Source of the DNA: Stegostoma tigrinum
Lineage: Eukaryota
Assembly: GCF_030684315.1 (NCBI RefSeq)
Contig: NC_081363.1
Span: 26,724,116 to 26,788,115, forward strand
DNA: 64,000 bases
Direction of reading: 5' to 3'
Shown here: positions 1-14,266 of the stretch, one piece after another
Numbering within the stretch: position 1 is the first letter of the stretch
Layout of the letters: every line of letters begins with the position of its first letter
Position numbers and translations under genes: made by a program
The notes under the pieces: generated by a model
What the model was told of the DNA's origin: nothing
Database searches by the model: none
Seen by the model: the letters and a program-made list of their open reading frames with translations, nothing else

Positions 1-157
1 TCATTGTGTTTGGCTGCAGTTTCGTCACATTTTGTTTCAAAAGTCATTGCATTCTGATTATGTACATCGCCATTCTCCTGTATCGAGCACACATCAACAG
101 TGCCATCTTCCACTTTGGTCAACGATCCACTGTTATCAATGTCTGATGATTTGGTCA
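1..157 (-). CDS. UBR7: UBR7 exon 7 (runs off window edge)
   Basis: CAG acceptor at 160-158; phase 1 matches exon 6; open frame (V)TKSSDIDNSGSLTKVEDG... resembles human VTKISTEDDG linker. Confidence 0.85.
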
Positions 158-1527
158 CTGGGAGAAGCATACAAAATTAAGCTTTAATAACCAGATAGAA
201 ATCAGACACTTCCTCGACTCCCACCCCCACCGTGATGAATGTCAGCAAGATACCTTAACACCTCTGGATAGGCTACCTCCCATTCATATTCTTCCTTATC
301 AATCCAGCTAAAATAACCATAAAAGATAACAAAACACTTTGCTCTACCTCTTCACCCCCACCCTCCCCAGCTTTCAATGTTCAATTCCACCCACCAATAT
401 TATCTATTGACAACACACTAAAAAGCAATGACCCATCCAAGTAACGCCTGTCTTCGATAAATGCAAGGTGTAATCATGAACACTACAAAATTGTGGTTTG
501 ATACTTCAAAAAGGAGCAAAAATGTGCTGGAGAACTCAACAGATCTAGCAGCACCTGGGGAAGAGGACAAATGAGAGTGTTTCTTATTGGAAAGCAAGAG
601 TTCACATTTCAAGTCCATTACAACTCTTGTTTAGAACAGAGTTTGGCATTTTGTCATTCAACGAAAACATCTGGAGCTGTTTTAATACAGGATTAAAGAC
701 ACACAACAAAAAACTTTAAAAATCGAAAATCAGTCAAAGCTAAGCAATCTTCTTAAGAGGGGGATAATCTCCAGCAGGCTACATGCAATCACAGTTTGGC
801 TTTGGTCCATTTGAAAGCCAATCTAAAATTATATTCGCTTACACAATGGCGGTGGCTTTCCTCTCATCAAATGTAAATGCAAGGTTGGTAAGGAAAGGTT
901 TTATTGTTAATCTAGAAAGTGGGAAATATTTCCTGCTATGATGGCTTGCAGTCAGATTTATACAAGTGACAGATTTTGCCTAGTTAGCCACTACCCCCAC
1001 AGAAGATTAAACAGTTCAGGCAGCAAGTCAGACAGGCTAATGGGCAGGTTAGAGTCAGACATTTGGACTTTAGCTCATCTACCTGTCTTTGAAAGGTTAG
1101 GCAGCTTAGACGGTCATGGGCTCATCTGTTCTAATGAGCTTGGTTTTGAAGAAAGGTCCTTGTGAAACTTTTGAACTGTTTCCCTCTCCATAGTCCTGCT
1201 AAGTTCTCTAGACTCGTGTGTATTTATTTTAGTACCTGAGTTACACTGAGCCCTAACCAACATGTTTTACCAAGGTCAGTGAAAACAGGCCAAAAGCATA
1301 CAAGGTGAAAATGTGGCTCCTCTGTATTTGTTCATTTTAAAAGCAGTCAACATTACACAGCAGAGCTGGGTCTGATGCAGAGGTTAAGCAGGCTTAACAT
1401 TGCTGAACAGTGAAGGGGTTGACTGCTACATTCAACCAGCTGCTGATAACTAGTGATTTTACTAAAACTTAGCATTGTTCAAGACAGATAATACACTCAA
1501 CTGAAGCTGAATCAAGCTACTTCCTAC

Positions 1528-1633
1528 CTGTCACATGGGTTGCATAGGCCCAAAGAAACGAACATCTCTTCATACAGCTCCGACAGACCATTTCCTGATA
1601 ATCCTCATTATCTGGCAGAGTGGCACCAAGATG
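1528..1633 (-). CDS. UBR7: UBR7 exon 6 (second half of PHD finger)
   Basis: 106 nt, AG/GT bounded; HLGATLPDNEDYQEMVCRSCMKRCSFLWAYATHVT. Confidence 0.96.
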
Positions 1634-4600
1634 CTAAAAATCACATCGTCAGTCACAAGTTGATTAGCACTTAATCATTTAAAACTGTGATCATGGCAGG
1701 AATAGAAGGTGAACTATGCACTGTCACCAATTAAGCACCAGACACTTAAACAGTCAAGAGAAGCAGATAGGAATGCGCTTTGGTATCCGTTACTAATGTC
1801 CTAAAGCCATTTCAGTCAGTCAGTCTGTCCGTCTTAACATGAGATCCTAATGCAAGTGCCAAACCTGTGCCAATGCCAGTCAAGAGTACTGATGGTAAAC
1901 TAAATTCACAAGTAAACAGCAGCTTAAAATTAAAACCACTGCAGGATTCATACACCTAACTATTTACAGAATATAATCAATGTTAAACAGCCCGTAGCTT
2001 AAAAGTTGTTGGAAGCAGATTCAGTAGTTACCTTCAAGAGGAGAGTTTTTGACATTTCAAAACAAGAGAATTGATTGTACAGTTATGAAAAAAAAATGCA
2101 GAGCATTGGCCAAGGATAACCAAAAATATTTTTCCACTAGGGGCGGTCATAGGTACGATAGGTTAACTGGTTTGTGCATTGAAAGATACTACAGCACAGA
2201 AAGTGCTGTCCTTGTGTACAGTGATCCCAAGTGAATAATGAGCAGCACAGATTATCTGCTTCATTACACTTCCATCAAATGGGAATGAAGGCAGTTGTAA
2301 CAGTATTTTTTTGGCCCAGATAAGAAATTCAGACAGAGGGCACTAGGGCCTTCTGAATATTCTAACCATCTTGTGTGCAGTGATCTCAGTTCGGAAAAAC
2401 TGCTCTAAAACTATCAAGCTGCTTCAATCTGTAAATGATTATAGGGTGATTGGAACAGATCAGCATAAAACAGTTTAAAATTAAGAATGAGCCAGCTGTA
2501 AAAAGCAAAGAGGACTGGACAAGTTAAACAAAACTACTTGGACTCATTTATGTGGCACTTCAGGACAAAGGATGAACTTCAAAAGATTACCTGTCTCCCA
2601 TTCTCCCTCGGCTACCAGCACCATTTACAATAGAAACACGAGCATGCCATAGAGCTTCTTCCAATTTTTAAAGAGAGATCATAACTCATCTACACCTAAT
2701 TCTGTATATCTGCCTTTACCCACATATTGCTCAAAAAGTCAGATTTAAAACTAACAATTAATCATGCGTCAATTACTGTTTACAGAAAAGACTTCCAAGC
2801 CTCATCTGCAGTGTGGTAGTCTTTCCTAATTTTACCCCTTAAACAAAAGGGAACTCCTTTACGACTATGCTTCCTAGTCAGAATCTCCCAGCTAGCACCA
2901 ATAGCTAATTCTTTGTCAACTCCTTCTGTTTTCCTATACTTGACTGAAAACTTGAATCAAACCACGACTCATCCTCCAAATTCAGATTATGCAACCCTAG
3001 TTTCTGTAATCTCATTGAGAATTTATACCTTGTTGTACATGATATTCTCGTAAGTCAATGCTGCACACACTCCAAGATCAATATATTCCACCCCAAGGTC
3101 TAATATCTAGAACTGCAGACAGCTCTCTCACACACACACGCACGCACACATCCTTGTATTCTTGTGACGGTTTCCAATACCTTTCCTAACTGTTCTGTAT
3201 CTGTTCATGACATTTTAATAACTCAGTGTCTGGACCCATGGTCTCTTTAATACAAATTCCTGTGTTTCTGGCTTTCCATCATTTAAAAAACCCTCATTCT
3301 GTCCTTTTTGGGTGCAAGGTGGTCGACCTCACATTTGCCTACATTGAAATGTATTTCTCACAGCTTTGCACATTTACAACCTACTCAGTGCTCTTTGCAA
3401 GTTCAAATATCTATTATCCAGGACTCAATTCCCTGACACTTATCCAATGTTCTAACCAAATCAATAATTTGCCTTCAACTTTAGCCAGCAGCTAAAGCAA
3501 AGGGTTTCATGAAATGCCTTCAAAAAGTCTATTTTAAATAAACTGACAGTGACAACATCGTCGTATTCTAGTTTAGTTACATCTTCGGAACTTCAATCAA
3601 GTTAATCAAGTATGACCTACAAATTCATGTTGCTTTTCCCCCTCTGATTAGCTGCAAATTTTCAGTGTTCGGCCAATCTATTTTTATATTACTGTTCAGT
3701 AACTTTCAACAGATGTTAAGCCAGTCAGTCTATAAATGTCTGGCTTCAGTCTGCAATTTCCGAGATACTAAAATAACACAGACATTTTCTAAAACGTAGA
3801 GAAACAATTCCACAATCAGTGAAACTTTTGAAAACTGCAGCTGCTGTAAACAGGAATGCTCTCATCTACTTCCTTTGAAATAGTGGTAGTGAAAGCATCA
3901 GATCTTGGGAATTTGCACTCTTGCATGCCCCAGTTTTGGTTGTTGTTACGTTGATGTTAATTTTGCTGAATTGTGGTCCTTAATCCAACGTTCCAGCATT
4001 GTGACCTCTTTAGTATGAAACTGATGCAACATAATTATCATAATGCCTGCCAATTCGTCATTATCCATCTAAGGTGCCCCCATTATTCTGACCACTAGTT
4101 ACAATTTTGCATTTGCAAACAGTTTTGCATTGATGGCTAACATTGACAAGAAATTAGTGTATTGGAGTTTGAATAAATTAATCCATTTGTTTACATAATT
4201 TTTATTCAAGCAAAACTACTCGAGTTTTACTAAAGATTTAATGATTTTTAAAATGAAGAATAATTCTCCACCAAACTTTTAAACACATCTATTCACATTC
4301 ATATACAGCCAAATGGCTATTATTGAGCCAGTCACAAATCACTTTGCTAATCAAGTGGTTTTAAAGCATTAACCTTTCTAAAAAGATAAATTTTTAGGTT
4401 AACTCTTACAGAAGAAATTAAACAAGTCATACTCCAAAAGGACAGATTGAGCCCACAGATTTAAGCAACTCAATTAATTCAACAGACTTTAATGCAATTA
4501 ATCCAGGCACAAGTGTGCAGTTTGGCACAATAAAATGTCTGTAAAGAGAGAGTGTCACCTTACATAAAACAGTTACACAGAATTTACAGCACAGAAACAG

Positions 4601-4698
4601 ACAGATCGCTTTGTACTGCTGTTAATGCTGTACATGACTCTCATCCCACCCTACTGATAATATTGATGAGTGAGGAACAAACAGCTCTATGACATTTA

Positions 4699-5095
4699 AA
4701 GTTTTAGCAAAGATCTGTAGCTTGGGTTGTGAGCAAAGTTGTTGACTTGCTTGCTGAGCTGGCTTGTTTTCATTCAGCCACTTTGTCACCATGCTAGGTA
4801 TCATCATCAGTGAGGCCTCTGATGGAGCGATGTTGTTCTACTCCGCTCAGAATTTATACTGTCTGGTCTGTTATGGTGAGTGCCGTCATTTCCAGTTTTT
4901 GTTCTGTATGTATACAAAGCCATACGGAACAAAACCAGAAAACACAGCACTCACCATAACAGACCGGACAGTATAAATTCTGAGCGGAGTAGAACAACAT
5001 CGCTCCATCAGAGGCCTCACTGATGATGATACCTAGCATGGTGACAAAGCGTCTGAATGAAAACAAACCAGCTCGGCAAGCAAGTCAACAACCTG
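4699..5095. mobile_element. Palindromic Penelope-derived insertion, family C
   Basis: Inverted arms ~4738-4910 / ~4921-5092; TSD GCTCTRTGACATTTA at 4684-4698 and 5096-5110; hammerhead-like CTGATGA-stem-GTC at 5020-5053. Confidence 0.75.
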
Positions 5096-5180
5096 GCTCT
5101 GTGACATTTATCGTGACTATACCACATTAGCAGCTTAACTGCAATATGTCAACATTGCCAAAGAACAGGCATTTTCTTCA

Positions 5181-5310
5181 GAGATAATGGGAACTACTGA
5201 CGCTGGAGAATCCGAGATAACAAAAGTGTGGAGCTGGATGAACACAGCAGGCCAAGCAGCATCTCAGGAGCACAAAAGCTGACGTTTCGAGTCTAGGCCC
5301 TTCAGCAGAA
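5181..5310 (-). mobile_element. Single-arm Penelope 3' end, family A
   Basis: Same sequence as the 3' UTR of the GIY-YIG element at 55.4-57.0 kb; stops at a mutated hammerhead motif (CTGCTGA...GAAACGTC). Confidence 0.85.
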
Positions 5311-5784
5311 AAAGTTTCTTCTCAGCCTTTTGAGTAATTGGACCACCATTCTCTGTTCTCCTTCTTGAATTCCATCCTTACATACTCCAACACAGCCAAG
5401 CTACTTTTAGCAATAACATTCCTTCCCACCACTTCATTACATCTTAAGTCACAAAAGAGCCTGTCCCTCATTTACTGCCCCTTCCTGACATTATCTTGAA
5501 GTTAGCTTCTGCACCTCTGCCAATGATACCCAAATGTTTCCTCTTCAACTGCCACTGTATTGTTAGATTGCATGTCCAACATGTACCGTCTGCAAAAAGG
5601 CCAATGATATCACTGAGTTGGAAAGTCAGGGGTTCAAGTTCCACTTGAGAGACAAAAACCAAAAACCTAAAATACCACTCTGATGCAGTACTGAAGAAGC
5701 ATCTTTTAGTTAAGACATGAAGCCAAGGACCTGTACCTTTCAGAATATCTCACAGCCCCACTCGGAGGACAGAGAATTAAACTT

Positions 5785-6020
5785 TAAAATCAGGAACAAA
5801 GACAGAAGTTGCTGGAAAAGCTCAGCAGGTTTGGTGGCGTCTAAGAAAAAAAAAATCAGTTATCTGATTTCTGACAGTTCTGACGAATGGTCACTGGACC
5901 CAAAACGTTAAACTGATTTTATTTTTCTTCACAGGTGCTGCCAGACCTGATGAGCTTTTCCAGCAACTTCTGTCTCTGTTCCTGATTTACAGCAGGTGGA
6001 GTTCTTTCAGTTTTTATTTT
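5785..6020. mobile_element. Palindromic Penelope-like insertion, family B
   Basis: Inverted arms AAATCAGGAACA..GCTGGAAAAGCTCA / TGAGCTTTTCCAGC..TGTTCCTGATTT; GAATTAAAC duplicated at 5774-5782 and 6021-6029; hammerhead-like motif 5880-5909. Confidence 0.75.
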
Positions 6021-6534
6021 GAATTAAACCAGTATCCTCAATTTGAATTTAAATTTCTTGAGTTAAACCTGAGCACACGTTGATCACACAATCAAAATTA
6101 ACAAATAAAAAAGAAACAGAAAACAGGTTATGTTGTCATTATCACATCGTGTTAATGGGTGCTTATGTGCAAATTAGTTGTTGCACTTCTTACAAATTAT
6201 TAAACTTCAAAAAGCATTTTATCAGCTGCAAACTGTGGATGGAAGTGCAGTGCATTATAAACAGAATGTGAAAATTGGGAACTTGGTGAAAATAGGAACT
6301 TTGACAAGCAGTGGGTGAACATTTTAACTTTAATGTAGAATTTGAAAAATTAAAAATGAACTAAGAGGGGAATAGAAACTGCCTGTTGTTGCTGATTAGC
6401 TTTAAGAATCCTCTAAATAGAAGCCAATTACTGTCAGCAGGGAACAGACCATTTGCAACTTGCCTCAGGTCTTGCAGCAAAGTCATAGTCTCTCTACCTG
6501 AGCCAGAGGCCCGGTTTTAAGTCCTACCTGCACC

Positions 6535-8430
6535 AAAACAAAGAACAAAGAAAATTACAGCACAGGAACAGGCCCTTCGGCCCTCCAAGCTTGCCCCAAT
6601 CGAGATCCTCTGTCTAAGCCTATCATCTATTTTCTAAGGGTCTCTATCTCTTTGCTCCCTGCCCATCCATGTACCTGTCCAGATACATCTTAAAAGACAC
6701 TAACGTGTCTGCGTCTACCACCTCTGCTGGCAATGCATTCCAGGCACCCACCACCGTCTGTGTAAAGAACTTTCCACGCATATCTCCCTTAAACTTTCCT
6801 CCTCTCACTTTGAACTCAAGACCCCTAGTAATTGAGTCCCCCACTCTGGGAAAAAGCTTTTTGCTATCCACCCTGTCTATACCCCTCATGATTTTGTAGA
6901 CCTCAATCAGGTCCCCCCTCAATCTCCATCTTTCTAATGAAAATAATCCTATCTACTCAACCTCTCTTCATAGTTAGCACCCGCCATACCAGGCAACATC
7001 CTGGTGAACCTCCTCTGCACCCTCTTCAAAGCATCCACATCCTTTTGGTAATGTGGCAACCAGAACTGCACACAGTACTCCAAATGTGGCCGAACCAAAG
7101 TCCTATACAACTGCAACATGACCTGCCAACTCTTGTACCCAATACCCTGCCCAATGAAGGAAAGCATGCCCATATGCCTTTTTGACCACCCTATTGACCT
7201 GTGTGCCACCTTCAGGGAATAATGGACCTTAACACCCAGATCTCTCTGTTCATCAATTTTCCCTAGGACTTTTCCATTTACTGTATAGTTCACCCTTGAA
7301 TTAGATCTTCCAAAATGCATCACCTTGCATTTGCCCGGATTGAAATCCATCTGCCATTTATCTGCCCAACTGTCCAGTCTATCTATCTACATTCTGGTGT
7401 AATCTCTGACATTCTCCTTCACTATCTGCTACTGCACCATTCTTCGTGTCATCTGTAAACTTGCTGATCAGGCCACCTACACCTTCCTCCAAATCATTTA
7501 CATATATCACAAACAACAGTGGTCCCAGCACAGATCCCTGTGGAACACCACTGGTCACAGATCTCCAATTTGAGAAACCCCCTTCCACCACCACTCTGTC
7601 TCCTGCTGCCTAGCCAGCTTTTTATCCATCTAGCTAGCACACCCTGGACACCGTGCGACTTCACTTTCTCCATCAGCCTGCCATGGGGAACCTGATCAAA
7701 CACCTTACTGAAGTCCATGTATTTGACATCTACTGCCTTTCCCTCAATCAACTTTATCACGTCCTCAAAGAATTCTATTAAGTTGGTAAGATATCACCTT
7801 CCCTGCACAAAACCATGTTGCTTATCACTGATATGCCCATTTTCTTCCAAATGGGAATAGATCCTATCTCTCAGTATCTTCTCCAGCAGCTTCCCCACCA
7901 CTGACATCAGGCTCACCAGTCAATAATTACCTGGATTATCCCTGCTACCCTTCTTAAACAAGGGGACAATATTAGCAAGTCTTCAGTCCTCCGGGACCTC
8001 ACCCGTGTTTAAGGATGCTGCAAAGGTATCTGTTAAGGCCCCAGCTATTTCCTCTCTCGCTTCCCTCAATAACGGGGATAGATCCCATCCGGACCTGGGG
8101 GACTTGTCCACCTTAATGCCTCTTACGATACCCAACACTTACTCCCCCCTTATGCCGACTTGACCTAGAGTAAGCAAACATCTATCCCTAACCTCAACAT
8201 CTGTCATATCCCTCTCCTTGATGAATACTGATGCAAAGTACTTGTTAAGAATGTTACCCATTTTCTCTGACTCAGCGCATAACTTTCCTTCTTTGTCCTT
8301 ACGTGGGCTGATCCTTTCTCTAGTTACCCTCTTGCTCTTTATATATGAACAAAAGGCTTTGGGATTTTCCTTAACCATGTTTGCTAACAATATCTCATGT
8401 CCCCTCTTAATTCCTCGTTTCAGATTCGCC
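6535..8430 (-). mobile_element. 5'-truncated CR1-type LINE (ORF2 RT remnants), inserted in an older short repeat
   Basis: [56 protein letters not shown] fragments with frameshifts. Confidence 0.93.
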
Positions 8431-9729
8431 CTAATAACAACATATCTGAACAGATTGATTAGAAAATAATCACAAAACAGAGTATTTGTGACTGGTTTTG
8501 GGTCTTGTGGTACAGTGGGGGTGTCCCTCCCTCTGGGGAAGGAGGTCAGAATCCAAGTGCTGTCTGATCTGGACATGTCTGAAAGAGTGCAGCTAAATAA
8601 CTCAAGCACGCACAGTGCTGGTGCACAGACAGTGGTGGCAAATGCAGTAAATTTGTAAACCTACAATGAAAAAGACAGGATTTTGAGAGAGTGAGAATGC
8701 TGCTTTTTGCCTCCAGTTCTTTTGGTGGCTCATTTAAGTTTTCAGCAGTACATTATTGTCCAGTGTTTTAGATCTCCAGGCCAGCAAGGGTAAGAAAAGG
8801 AAAACCGAAATCTGAAACTAAGAAATACATATAAATAATCCAGACTAAGACATGGCAGAGTGTCTAACTGCAGAACCTTCAAGTCTGCAGTCGGTGGCAC
8901 TGTCCTGAAGGAATGCACCTACAGATTGGTCTTGAATCTCTCTTATTTATAGCCACTGAACTAGGATTGTGCTATATTGTCATTGAAAGGCAGCAGAGCA
9001 GCTTCTGGATAGTTTGCTCCAGGGTTTGAACATGTCTCATTCTGTACTTCTCCACGAGACAAGGATAGTGTGACTGATCAGGTACAAAACAAGAGGAACC
9101 CAAGGTGAGCTGGAGAACAAGGATCGCATTAAGTGATCCCACCCACCAGTACTCTGTGGATGAGAAGGATTAAGCCAGACAATTCAGATAGCTTCTTACT
9201 CAAGTGCCATGGTCTATGTGAAAGGGAGAAGGAAAAAAAAATTAACTTGAAGAGGAAATACAGTTGCAGTCCATATTGGGACCAACACCATGTGAAAAGA
9301 CCAAAAAAGGTCCAGGAGGAAAGCACCAGGCAGCCATGAACTGAATTTAATAAAAAAGACGGAACTTTAATCGATCTACATGTATATCATTACTCGAATT
9401 GTACGCAAACTGGCACACAGTGTTAAGTACATGAAGTAAGGGAACGCTACAGGACAGTGGTTTACACAAGAAGTGTGCCACTAGGATAACGTCCATCTGA
9501 ACTGTAATATCCCAGAGGGTAAAGGTTAAAAAGGGCAGTTAGAAGGTCTTTAAAAACAGAAAGGGCTGGTGGTGGTGGTGAGTATGAAGAAATTGGTATA
9601 AATAATAATTTTAAAACATCAAGGGAAAGAAAAGAGTGGAGTAACAGTCCAGTATAGAGATGTAAAGGTAAATAGAAAAGAAAGATATGGAGCGGTTAGA
9701 CTAAGCGAGCACTAAGTGACAGTGTAAAC

Positions 9730-10590
9730 ATTTCAGTAGAAGGAACAGAAGAAATTGGAGCAGTTGGCCATTCATCCCATAAAGCTCATGCTCCATTTAA
9801 TCATGAATGAACTGCCTCAAGCCTTAAGTCCTGTTTCCACATGGCCCTCAACTCCCAATCTATCACCTGCCTCTTTAAATACTTTTGATCTAGCCTCCGC
9901 AATGCTGTGGGATAGAAAATTCAAGACTGCCACTAACCTCAAGAAATTCCTTCACATCTCAGTTTTAAATGAGTGGCCCCATGTTCTGTACCTACGTCTT
10001 TTGTTCAAAGCTTCCCCACTAACACAAATGTCTTTGCAACATCTTACCCCGAGAAATCTTGTTATGTTTCAATGAGATCACACCTCATTCTTCTGAGCTC
10101 TAAAGGCATAAAGAGCTGTGTTTAGCCATCCTGGAGTCAATCCCCTCAGCCCGGGAACCAGCTTAAGGAATCTCTATGGACTGATTCCTATGCCAGTATA
10201 TCCTTTCTGAAATACAGAAAATCAAAACTATACACATTATTCCAGATGCAGCCTCACCAGGGTACTGCACAGTTGGAACAAAACTTGAATTACTTTTAAA
10301 CTCCAACTTCCCAAACCAGAAGGGCAAAAAAAAAATCCACTTGCCTTCTAACTACTTGCTGCATCTGCATGCTAACCTTTTGTGTTTCATGCCTAAGAAC
10401 ATCCAGATCCATCTGCACTGTACTTCATTGGAGTTGTTCACTGTTTAACATCCTGCTTTTCAATTCTTCACACACAAACACGCACTCTCCTATATTAAAC
10501 TCCATCTGCCTAGTTTTGCCTGTCAATATACCCTTGCAGATTTCTTGTGTCCACATAACGTGCCCTCCCACCTACTTTTAGTATCCTCAG
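9730..10590 (-). mobile_element. Degraded CR1-type LINE 3' fragment
   Basis: Recognisable similarity to the CR1 3' regions at 6.6-7.4 kb and 60.1-61.0 kb. Confidence 0.6.
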
Positions 10591-11070
10591 CCCCCCCACC
10601 CCCTGCAGTGAACCACCGGTGGAATATGAAATGTTTGCCACAAGCCATGGTTAAAGTACAGACTCTACTGCATCTTTTTAAAAAGGAAATGTGACAAAAT
10701 ATTATAAGCGAGTGATAAAAGGTGACAGGGAAAAAATGTCAGTGGAATTGCTTTTGGACTGAAAAATGATCAGCTATGTTCTACTAACCTCAGTAGATCC
10801 AAAACAATAGGTAATTAGGCATTTTAAAAATAAAAAAAAATCCATTATAGCATTAATATTAGAGGTCCAAAAAGCAAAAGCCCATTATTGCGAGACCATG
10901 TTAATTTAAAAATAAACCTACTTTCTCAAATTTTTAAACCAGTAATAGGGAAGACTCATCTCATTTGGGAGCCACAAACATTCATATGTCCAAGACTAAT
11001 TTGGAGGTAGAATGAATCATTTTAGTTATAAATATATACAGTGGAAATCCATGATATGAAGTTGCCTTAC

Positions 11071-11124
11071 CCTTCCATGAAACCAGTCTTCACACACAAC
11101 ACATTGAATCATTTCATCAGGTGT
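11071..11124 (-). CDS. UBR7: UBR7 exon 5 (PHD finger)
   Basis: 54 nt, TAG/GTAAG bounded; TPDEMIQCVVCEDWFHGR. Confidence 0.97.
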
Positions 11125-11221
11125 CTAAAGGAATAAGGATACACAGGCACCGTAAGACACTCAGCTGGCTTTATTATCAAAACTATGCAGCACTACCAAG
11201 ACCAGAATCTGAATATCTTAC

Positions 11222-11317
11222 CTCATCCTCAGGATCTGGGTAAGGCCTCTTACAGGTACAGTACAGTCCAAAGAAATTATCATTATATTTATTGCCATAA
11301 TTTGCTTTGTCTTTTTC
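11222..11317 (-). CDS. UBR7: UBR7 exon 4
   Basis: 96 nt, CAG/GTAAG bounded; EKDKANYGNKYNDNFFGLYCTCKRPYPDPEDE. Confidence 0.97.
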
Positions 11318-12959
11318 CTGTTAACAACAACAACAAAAATAAAGAGAAAATCAGCTGCTGACATAATGACCGGCGCTAAACTCAACTACCACTCCATTAA
11401 GATAAAAGTCAAAAGCCAAACACTTTTTGTATCTCACATGACATTTTCTGATGGTTATCAGGCTCACTGTGATAATAAATAAAGCCAAGAATATGAAACA
11501 GTCCAGCAATGAAATAGATTCAAGAAATTGCAATTGGAAAAAAGTACAAGGGGGTTAAAAAAAAAAGGATTGATGAATCATCCATTCACCGTCTACAGTA
11601 GCATATTGTATACCCTGGTATACAATGTATTTACAAATGCAATATTTTAGATTGAGGAAAGAAAAAGCCCAAAAATGAAATTAACATGCCAAAAGCCACA
11701 ACATTGAATGATGCCTCTGTGTCAGACCTGCTCCCTGGGCTCACATTATCTTTCAGCTTCTCCTAACTTGTCATTCTTCTAGCTGTCCATCACTCCCACC
11801 TTGTTTCTTTACTTTTTCCATTACTGCCCTCTCACAAAACACATTGATCAGCAGTGAGTTCTTGGACTCACAGGTCTAGCACCTCCAAAACAGAAAGGAA
11901 CATCTTACTCAATTCTTTCACTATGCAACAGAATAGCAGCAGAGCTGCTGTCCCCATCCAAGGAACTGTAGGGGAATTTTCCTTTTCACCTCCTGTCATC
12001 CCCCACAACTCAAGGTTCTCCTTCTTGGATGTGCTTCTCTTAAGAGAACACAAGGCAGTGGAAGGAGGAAGTGGATGAGCTGCATCTAGTCCTGATACTC
12101 CAGCCACTGTAAAGACTCAAGACAATCTTGATGTACATCAAAGTCTTTCCAGCCTTTCAATTTTGTATGTTTGTCTTTATAGCAGAAGGTTATTTTAAGC
12201 TTGAGCATGGCCAGTAGGCTCCTCCTCTATCACAACCACACAGACACTCCACCACCGTCCCCCACAACCCCTAGCATTATTGAATTATGGTGGTCTCTTT
12301 ATACTTCCATTTAGATTTGATTCTACGATCATTACCGTGTGCAACTGTAGGATCATTCTGTTATCAATGCTAATTATAAGAAGTTAAACTATTTTCCAAA
12401 ATGATCTTTATTTATGCTAGATAAATCTTCAACCCTTACATTTGGAATTTGGCCTCTACCTAATGCTGATCGATCAATTGTTCTTATTTTAAACTGGTGA
12501 TTTAATGCATGCAATTGTAATGTTAACTTTCAGGAACTGGATCCTTTACGAAGGTGCAGAGATCATAGGATTTTCAGAACTGGATCCTCTTTTGCTGATA
12601 TAGTCAATAATAACATGAGAAACTGGTTTTGTTGAAAGTATACACAGACCTGAAGCATTAACTTTGCTTCACTTTCCACAGATGATGCTTGGCCTGCTAA
12701 GTGTTTTGAACATTTTCTGTTTTTTGGTTCATATCTCCAGCATTCTGCTTGGCCCAAAAGCAATTGTTACGGGAGTGGGCAGACGCACCCAAAAACTAGT
12801 ACTCACAACTAGCATGGAAAAAGTACACAAGTACAGCTTGGCGCATTGGTGGGTGCAGCATGCAGCTCACATTAAAAGCTAACCACAAGATCTCAACATA
12901 TACATTAAAACACTAGATTCACTCATGTTTCTTACTGCCTACAGATAAGCTTCAAGATG

Positions 12960-13175
12960 GATTCCTCCCACAGTCCAAAAATGTGCGGGTTGGGTGGATT
13001 GGCCATGCTAAAACTCCCCATAGTGTCCAGGGATGTTTAGGTTAGGTGGGTTAGACATGGGAAATGCAGGGATAGGATAACGGGTCTGAGTGAAATGTTC
13101 TTCAGAGGGGTGGTATGGACACTTTGGGCTGAATGGCCTGTTTCTACTCTGTAGGGTTTCTGTGATTCTGTAAAG
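12960..13175 (+). mobile_element. SINE body/tail (HE1/V-SINE-like)
   Basis: CTCCCACAGTCCAAA..GGTGGATTGGCCATGCTAAA..GGGCTGAATGGCCTGTTTC, shared with 52100-52320. Confidence 0.75.
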
Positions 13176-13261
13176 ACAGCATCTATAGTATTGCCGTTAA
13201 ATGCTGATGGAAAATGGACTCCAATTTAAACTGGTTAATGACCACAGCAAGAAAAACTTAC

Positions 13262-13322
13262 CGAGAAAAACTTGCACTGCAGATTGTTAAATTTGCTGTT
13301 CCCACAATCGCAACGAAAATTT
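13262..13322 (-). CDS. UBR7: UBR7 exon 3 (end of UBR box)
   Basis: 61 nt, CAG/GTAAG bounded; (R)NFRCDCGNSKFNNLQCKFFS. Confidence 0.97.
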
Positions 13323-14132
13323 CTGGAATACAAGTTGGCACATTTTGGTGATGGGAAATTATCCTGCAACACTAGGATTTTTTTTTTAAAAAAAACTTAA
13401 CAACAACTCTGTTTAAAATCTTTTCTTTTAAGCATTACATTCTTTGACAATCTATTATCAACCAGGTATTGATTATTACTTAATTATAGCTAGTGTTTCG
13501 CTAATTCTTACAGAATATTAAAAATACCATCAATTCCTACTGCTGTAAAACAAAATCAGGGATTATTTAAGCAATTGTTTTTGCATTGGTACCTGCAACA
13601 GATTTCATCTAATGTTGTAGGTCGGCCTTCAACACCCAAATGTTCCACTATTTGATTTCACCCTTCCAGCACACCGTCCGTTAGAGACGGCTCAGTGGAA
13701 TACAGCACACAAGCACCAGAAGGAGCTTCACAGGGGCACATATAAAGTTTGAAATTAAAGTTTCTGTTTATTTCACGGGTCCTTGGTCACAGGTAAGAGC
13801 AAATTCTGTTTGCGGATTTATCTGCCAATTAGGCAATAGCGCCAGGAACAGAGTTTCCAGCTTGCAGTGCCATAAATAAGCAAAATGGAAGTACATTCAT
13901 TAAAAATTCAGACTGCAGTTTGAAAATGCCACTCTTTATCCAATGTTGTGAGTAAAGGCCCAGTGTCCTGACCTTAACCAGGCTTCCAGTACTTCATATC
14001 CTCACAACCCTGAGGCTGTGCTCACTTATGTCACTGTCCTGATGCATGATACAATTGTTCTGGATTTCCCTTCACTGTCCTATTTAGTGCCTTAACTTTC
14101 AGCTTGAAGTGTGATGGAGAGCAACATTGTAC

Positions 14133-14266
14133 CTTTTAGTGTACAATTCAAACAACTCATGGCCTTCATGACACTTGTAGCTACAGGCTAGACAAATGCC
14201 AGCAGGCTGTCCTCCCTTTGGTGTACAAGTATTACAAGCATACAATGCCTGTCTCTTCACATAGCC
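14133..14266 (-). CDS. UBR7: UBR7 exon 2 (UBR-box zinc finger)
   Basis: 134 nt, CAG/GT bounded; GYVKRQALYACNTCTPKGGQPAGICLACSYKCHEGHELFELYTK(R). Confidence 0.98.

Noticed and set aside
4764-5066. Mirror 70 aa ORFs, possible toxin-antitoxin pair or pre-miRNA
   Set aside because: Explained by the TSD-flanked foldback insertion; no independent support for coding or miRNA function.
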